Assembly: GCA_036479435.1 (NCBI GenBank)
Contig: JAZGFI010000121.1
Coordinates: 1 to 20,671 of the forward strand
Direction of reading: 5' to 3'
Source: Planctomycetota bacterium
Lineage (GTDB): Bacteria; Planctomycetota; GCA-002687715; DRQF01
Length of the DNA: 20,671 nt
Shown here: positions 17,452 to 20,671 of the stretch, in pieces
How the letters are laid out: every line of letters starts with the position of its first letter
Position numbering within the stretch: position 1 is the first letter of the stretch
Position numbers and translations under genes: made by a program
The notes under the pieces: generated by a model
Databases searched by the model: none
What the model was told of the DNA's origin: nothing
The model's input: the letters and a program-made list of their open reading frames with translations, nothing else

Positions 17452-17821
17452 ACCGACGCAAAATCATCGGGAGTTCGCGGTAGGGACCCCAGTCTCCCGG
17501 GGCCCCCGCACAGATCCCAGCGAGCGGCACTACCGCACTGGGCTCATGCCTTGAGTATTGACGTCAAGCCGTTGCTGTGGCCAAGGATGAAGAACCGAGC
17601 TTTCGGAAGCCATCGGGTCACGATCTTAGTCATTCGTGCCCAAGGTAGACGGTGACGTTGGCTTCGACGCCGAATCGATTTAAACCACATCCTTGCTACT
17701 TGGGTTCGAGAGCTCTCAAGAGCCGTGACGTTCGTCGGCACAGCGTGGTAGTTGAAGTGCCGTTACCATGTTCTAGCCAGGAAAACTGGGCACGATCAGA
17801 TGGGGTTCACCGGACGCACAC

Positions 17822-17894
17822 CGTCTTCGAGAATTGGTCAACAACTGCCAAACGCCACGGCAAAGCACGCGCAACGTGGTACAGCCTATCGTGA
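17822..17894 (+). pseudogene. 3'-terminal remnant of a Fic paralogue
   Basis: cgtcttcgagaattggtcaac...aaacgccacggcaaagcacgcgcaacgtggtacagccta aligns with 13675-13749 (RLRELVN...KRHG.ARATWYSL). Confidence 0.8.
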
Positions 17895-17896
17895 CC

Positions 17897-18128
17897 GAGG
17901 AGAGCAAGGATCACTACAGAGTTCTCGAAGGCCATGATTTCGAGCGACATCACCATGGCATTGCCAACGAGCTCATCGATCCGAATACGAAGCCGGTCGA
18001 CGAAGAAGTCGTCCGCGACGAGCGGCTCATTCTATCGTCGCGCTGCCTGAAGTCATCGTTGCCGTTGCCCTCCCAATAGATCGCATCGGGACGCCCAATT
18101 GATGTCGGCTAACTTCTCACGCGATAGC
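17897..18128 (+). mobile_element. Type-A 3' transposase fragment plus degenerate right end
   Basis: ERHHHGIANELIDP...EVVRDERL resembles the ERNHQGL.N.LI...RERLGG C-terminus of this transposase type. agatcgcatcggg...gtcggctaacttctcac aligns with 6447-6497 and 12323-12374. Confidence 0.7.
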
Positions 18129-18171
18129 CATAGCCTTACGTTGCCAGCCGAAGTATCGCCGAGTCAATCCC

Positions 18172-19692
18172 TCACTTTTCGACATTCGAACGCAACATCT
18201 GGTACTGCCAGCCAAAGCTCCCTGAGACCTCCTGTGGGCCCCAAATTCGGTCAGGATTCATGGTGTTGCGCAACTTCAAGCGATACACCCAAACCTCTCC
18301 ATTCTTCTTGAGCATAGCCGCGTCCGCGTTCAAATAGCGGTAAGTCCCGTACTCGACGAGATTCTCCACGATTCGCGCTTCCTGCTTGACTTTGAAGCCG
18401 CCCCTGACCTGCAACTTCAGCAAGGTCTGGTTCGAGTAGTGCGCGATGATGGTCTTGCGCGCGAGCTTTTCCAGCTCTTGGTTCTCAAAGATCTGCTTGG
18501 GGAACCGAGCGCTCTCAATTTCGGCCTTCAGCCGCTTCGCAAGCTCCGCCTCGTACTCGACCTTGGACATCCTCTTGGCCTCTTCAAGCGCACGCTTCTC
18601 TTCGGCCTCACGCTCCTTTTCGGCGATCGCGTAGGCCGCGGCCAGCGCCGGAGTCTCCTTTGCGAGAACATCGCAGGTCTCGACTTCCGCGCAGAGCGCG
18701 AGGAACTGATCAGACTTGCGGTTAATGATGCTGCCGTAACTGCTTTCGAGTCGCCCCTGGAGCTTCTTGGCCGTTGCGACCGCAAGCTTTGCACCGTCGA
18801 CGAGGTCACTGGTCATGGCTCTCGTAGAGTGGATCTTGCGGACCTTCTCGGTCTCCATCAGGATCGTGCAGATTGCGCGATCTACGGACCGACGATTGGG
18901 ATTGCTGGCGGGAACGATGGACTGCGCATCGCCATAGCCGGTATTCTTTGTACCGTCCTCCTTCGTTCCGCCTCCATCCACTTTGGTTTTGTAAAACTCT
19001 CTCAGCGTCGCTTCCGATGCCTTGAGCCGGGTCTTGGCCGCTGCCCAATCGGGGTGCGCGGGATCGAACTTGCCAGAGTAATCACGCTCCCCTTTCGAAA
19101 GTGCTTTCGCAGCTTCCGCCATCTGCCCCTTGGCGACTTTCCATGCCCCGAGCTTCACTTTGCCAGCCCGCGCCAGCGTCTTGTCAAACTGATCGAGCGA
19201 CTCGCTGGCCTTTTTGAGAGAGTGCCCCACACCACCAGTCAGCTTGGCTGGTTTGCCCCCGCCGCTCGCGGGCTTCTCCACCTCGACCTTGGGCTTCTTC
19301 TTTTCTCCGCCAGTGGCACGCGCTTCGAATGCTGTCCCATCAGCCTGTGCTTTCTTGAGGCGTGCGCAGACAGCTACCCAATCAGAGTGCGCGGCGTCAA
19401 ACCGGCTACTGTAGAGGTTGGTGATCGTTTTGTGAGTCTCCTCTGCTTGCGAAAGCTTATCCTTCGCTTTCGTCCAGGTGCCCTTCAAGTCGGATTCTGG
19501 CGCCACGATAAGGGCCTCGAATTGAGTCAAGGTCTCGTTGATGCCGCCTACGAGCCTGCCCACTTTCCCCGAGAGCGGCGTGACCTCTTGCGCCGCGGGT
19601 GGAAGCGCAAGTGAAGGCGATTCTGCCACCGCGCCCCAAGCCTGGGAGAGCAAAGTGATTCCGGAAAAAAAGAAGATGATGATCTGTCTCAT
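18172..19692 (-). CDS. Secreted hypothetical protein (506 aa) with two ~85-aa helical repeats and a coiled coil
   Basis: Signal peptide MRQIIIFFFSGITLLSQAWG-A. Duplicated unit L(S/T)G.VG......E(T/S)L.QF...G.W..AK.....A.......YS.(R/K)FD.AH.DW.A...RLK. Confidence 0.78.
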   Translation of the reverse strand: MRQIIIFFFSGITLLSQAWGAVAESPSLALPPAAQEVTPLSGKVGRLVGGINETLTQFEALIVAPESDLKGTWTKAKDKLSQAEETHKTITNLYSSRFDAAHSDWVAVCARLKKAQADGTAFEARATGGEKKKPKVEVEKPASGGGKPAKLTGGVGHSLKKASESLDQFDKTLARAGKVKLGAWKVAKGQMAEAAKALSKGERDYSGKFDPAHPDWAAAKTRLKASEATLREFYKTKVDGGGTKEDGTKNTGYGDAQSIVPASNPNRRSVDRAICTILMETEKVRKIHSTRAMTSDLVDGAKLAVATAKKLQGRLESSYGSIINRKSDQFLALCAEVETCDVLAKETPALAAAYAIAEKEREAEEKRALEEAKRMSKVEYEAELAKRLKAEIESARFPKQIFENQELEKLARKTIIAHYSNQTLLKLQVRGGFKVKQEARIVENLVEYGTYRYLNADAAMLKKNGEVWVYRLKLRNTMNPDRIWGPQEVSGSFGWQYQMLRSNVEK

Positions 19693-19847
19693 GTGGCAAC
19701 TCGAAAAAAATGTTGAAAAGCGGTAAACGCGAAACGGCAGCCAAGCGTCGCGCGCTGGCATCAAGAATTCTCGGAGAGGTCAATTTTCGTGAAGATGAAT
19801 GCTCAACCAAGCAAATGTGAATGACGATGCTTCCGCTAAGCCTTGAT

Positions 19848-19955
19848 CGTACCGTGCGAAAAGTCAGCCGATTTGTAAACCCTTGCGGCTAAACGACCTT
19901 CGCCCAGCCCTCTCGGCCCAAGAAAAACGGTCTGACGCCCCAGCTCCCCATCACC
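19848..19955 (+). mobile_element. Type-A left-end stub
   Basis: cgtaccgtgcgaaaagtcagccgatttgtaaacccttgcggctaaacgaccttcgcccagccctctcggcc aligns with the sequences starting at 4335, 11869 and 19975. Confidence 0.85.
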
Positions 19956-19974
19956 ATCAACATCATTTCACACC

Positions 19975-20550
19975 CGCACCGTGCAAAAAATCAGCCGACC
20001 CATAAGACCTTGAGGCTGAACGACCTCCGCCCTACCCTCTCGGCCCATGAGGCACGCCCTCACGCTCCGCTTCCTCATCTCCTCTGCCCTCGCAGGCTGC
20101 CTAAATCGCGAGCAGCAATCAGTCCTCGATGACCTCAAGGAGGAAAACCGAGTTCTAAAGGAACAGCTCGGCACCAAGAAACTCCGCTTAACTGACGCTC
20201 AACGCCGTCGCTTCGCCGCCAAGGGCTGGGAGATCGGTCGCCGCCTTCTTGGCGAGTACGCGACCATCGTAACCCCGGACACCCTTCTCCGCTGGCATCG
20301 AAAGTTGATCTCCAAGAAGTGGACCAACGCCGCTGGCGGCGGTCGGCCTGGCGTCCTCAAGAAGATCGAGGAACTCGTCGTTCAAATGTCGCAGGACAAT
20401 CCGAGCTGGGGCTACCGACGAATCCAAGGTGCGCTCAAAAAACTCGGCCACGTCGTCGTGCACATTACTGTCAAGCGAATCCTTGTTAATCATGGCATCG
20501 AGCCCGCACCGGAACGCGGCAAGAAAACCACCTGGTCTCAATTTCGATGA
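19975..20550 (+). mobile_element. Type-A left end plus 5' half of the transposase (ORF 20047-20550), stopping before the rve/DDE core
   Basis: L_A cgcaccgtgcaaaaaatc; LKEENRVLKEQLG...VTPDTLLRWHRKLI...DNPSWGYRRIQGALKKLG...GIEPAPER...TTWSQFR* (IS3-like WGYRRI HTH). Confidence 0.88.
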
Positions 20551-20671
20551 CGCAACATTTCTTCTGTAATTTCCACGAGCGAGTCATTCCGATCCCATCG
20601 CCAAATAGATTGTCCCGGTCTCCCATTCCTCGCTTTTCTCAGCGAGCATCGCCGAGACTAGTCTGAGCAAG

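Noticed and set aside
18439..19614. 391-aa plus-strand ORF
   Set aside because: Antisense shadow of the 506-aa secreted protein, which has a signal peptide and internal repeats. The shadow has no recognisable motif.

Overview
An accessory, mobile-element-rich window, moderately GC-rich, with gene types reminiscent of Planctomycetota (inference only). The left 4.2 kb holds the 3' end of an ISKra4/ISLre2-like transposase gene, an FG-GAP-like repeat remnant, a 5'-truncated DUF4403-like gene and a complete IS21-family element (istA/istB, 1519-4207). The rest (about 4280-20550) is a cassette-like array of nine unrelated passenger units: a repeat lipoprotein, a frameshifted carboxypeptidase-regulatory-like protein, a frameshifted FG-GAP protein, an AbiEi/AbiEii pair, a Fic protein, a PhyH dioxygenase, an M14 peptidase, a SAM methyltransferase and a secreted repeat protein. 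They are separated by about ten internally deleted remnants of two related IS3/IS481-like 'integrase-core' elements (called type A and type B here). All remnants point the same way, none retains the DDE catalytic core, some are A/B chimeras, and both types share an 18-bp terminal motif (approximately YGT-N7-RAAAA-STC). Passenger genes mostly sit between a right end and the next left end. A third repeat (type C: 89 bp identical in two copies, with a hairpin and a tRNA-3'-end-like tail) precedes the AbiE and Fic genes. The main candidate novelty is an integron-like gene array delimited by transposon ends, with no attC sites or IntI visible. All family assignments come from motif recognition, not database searches.
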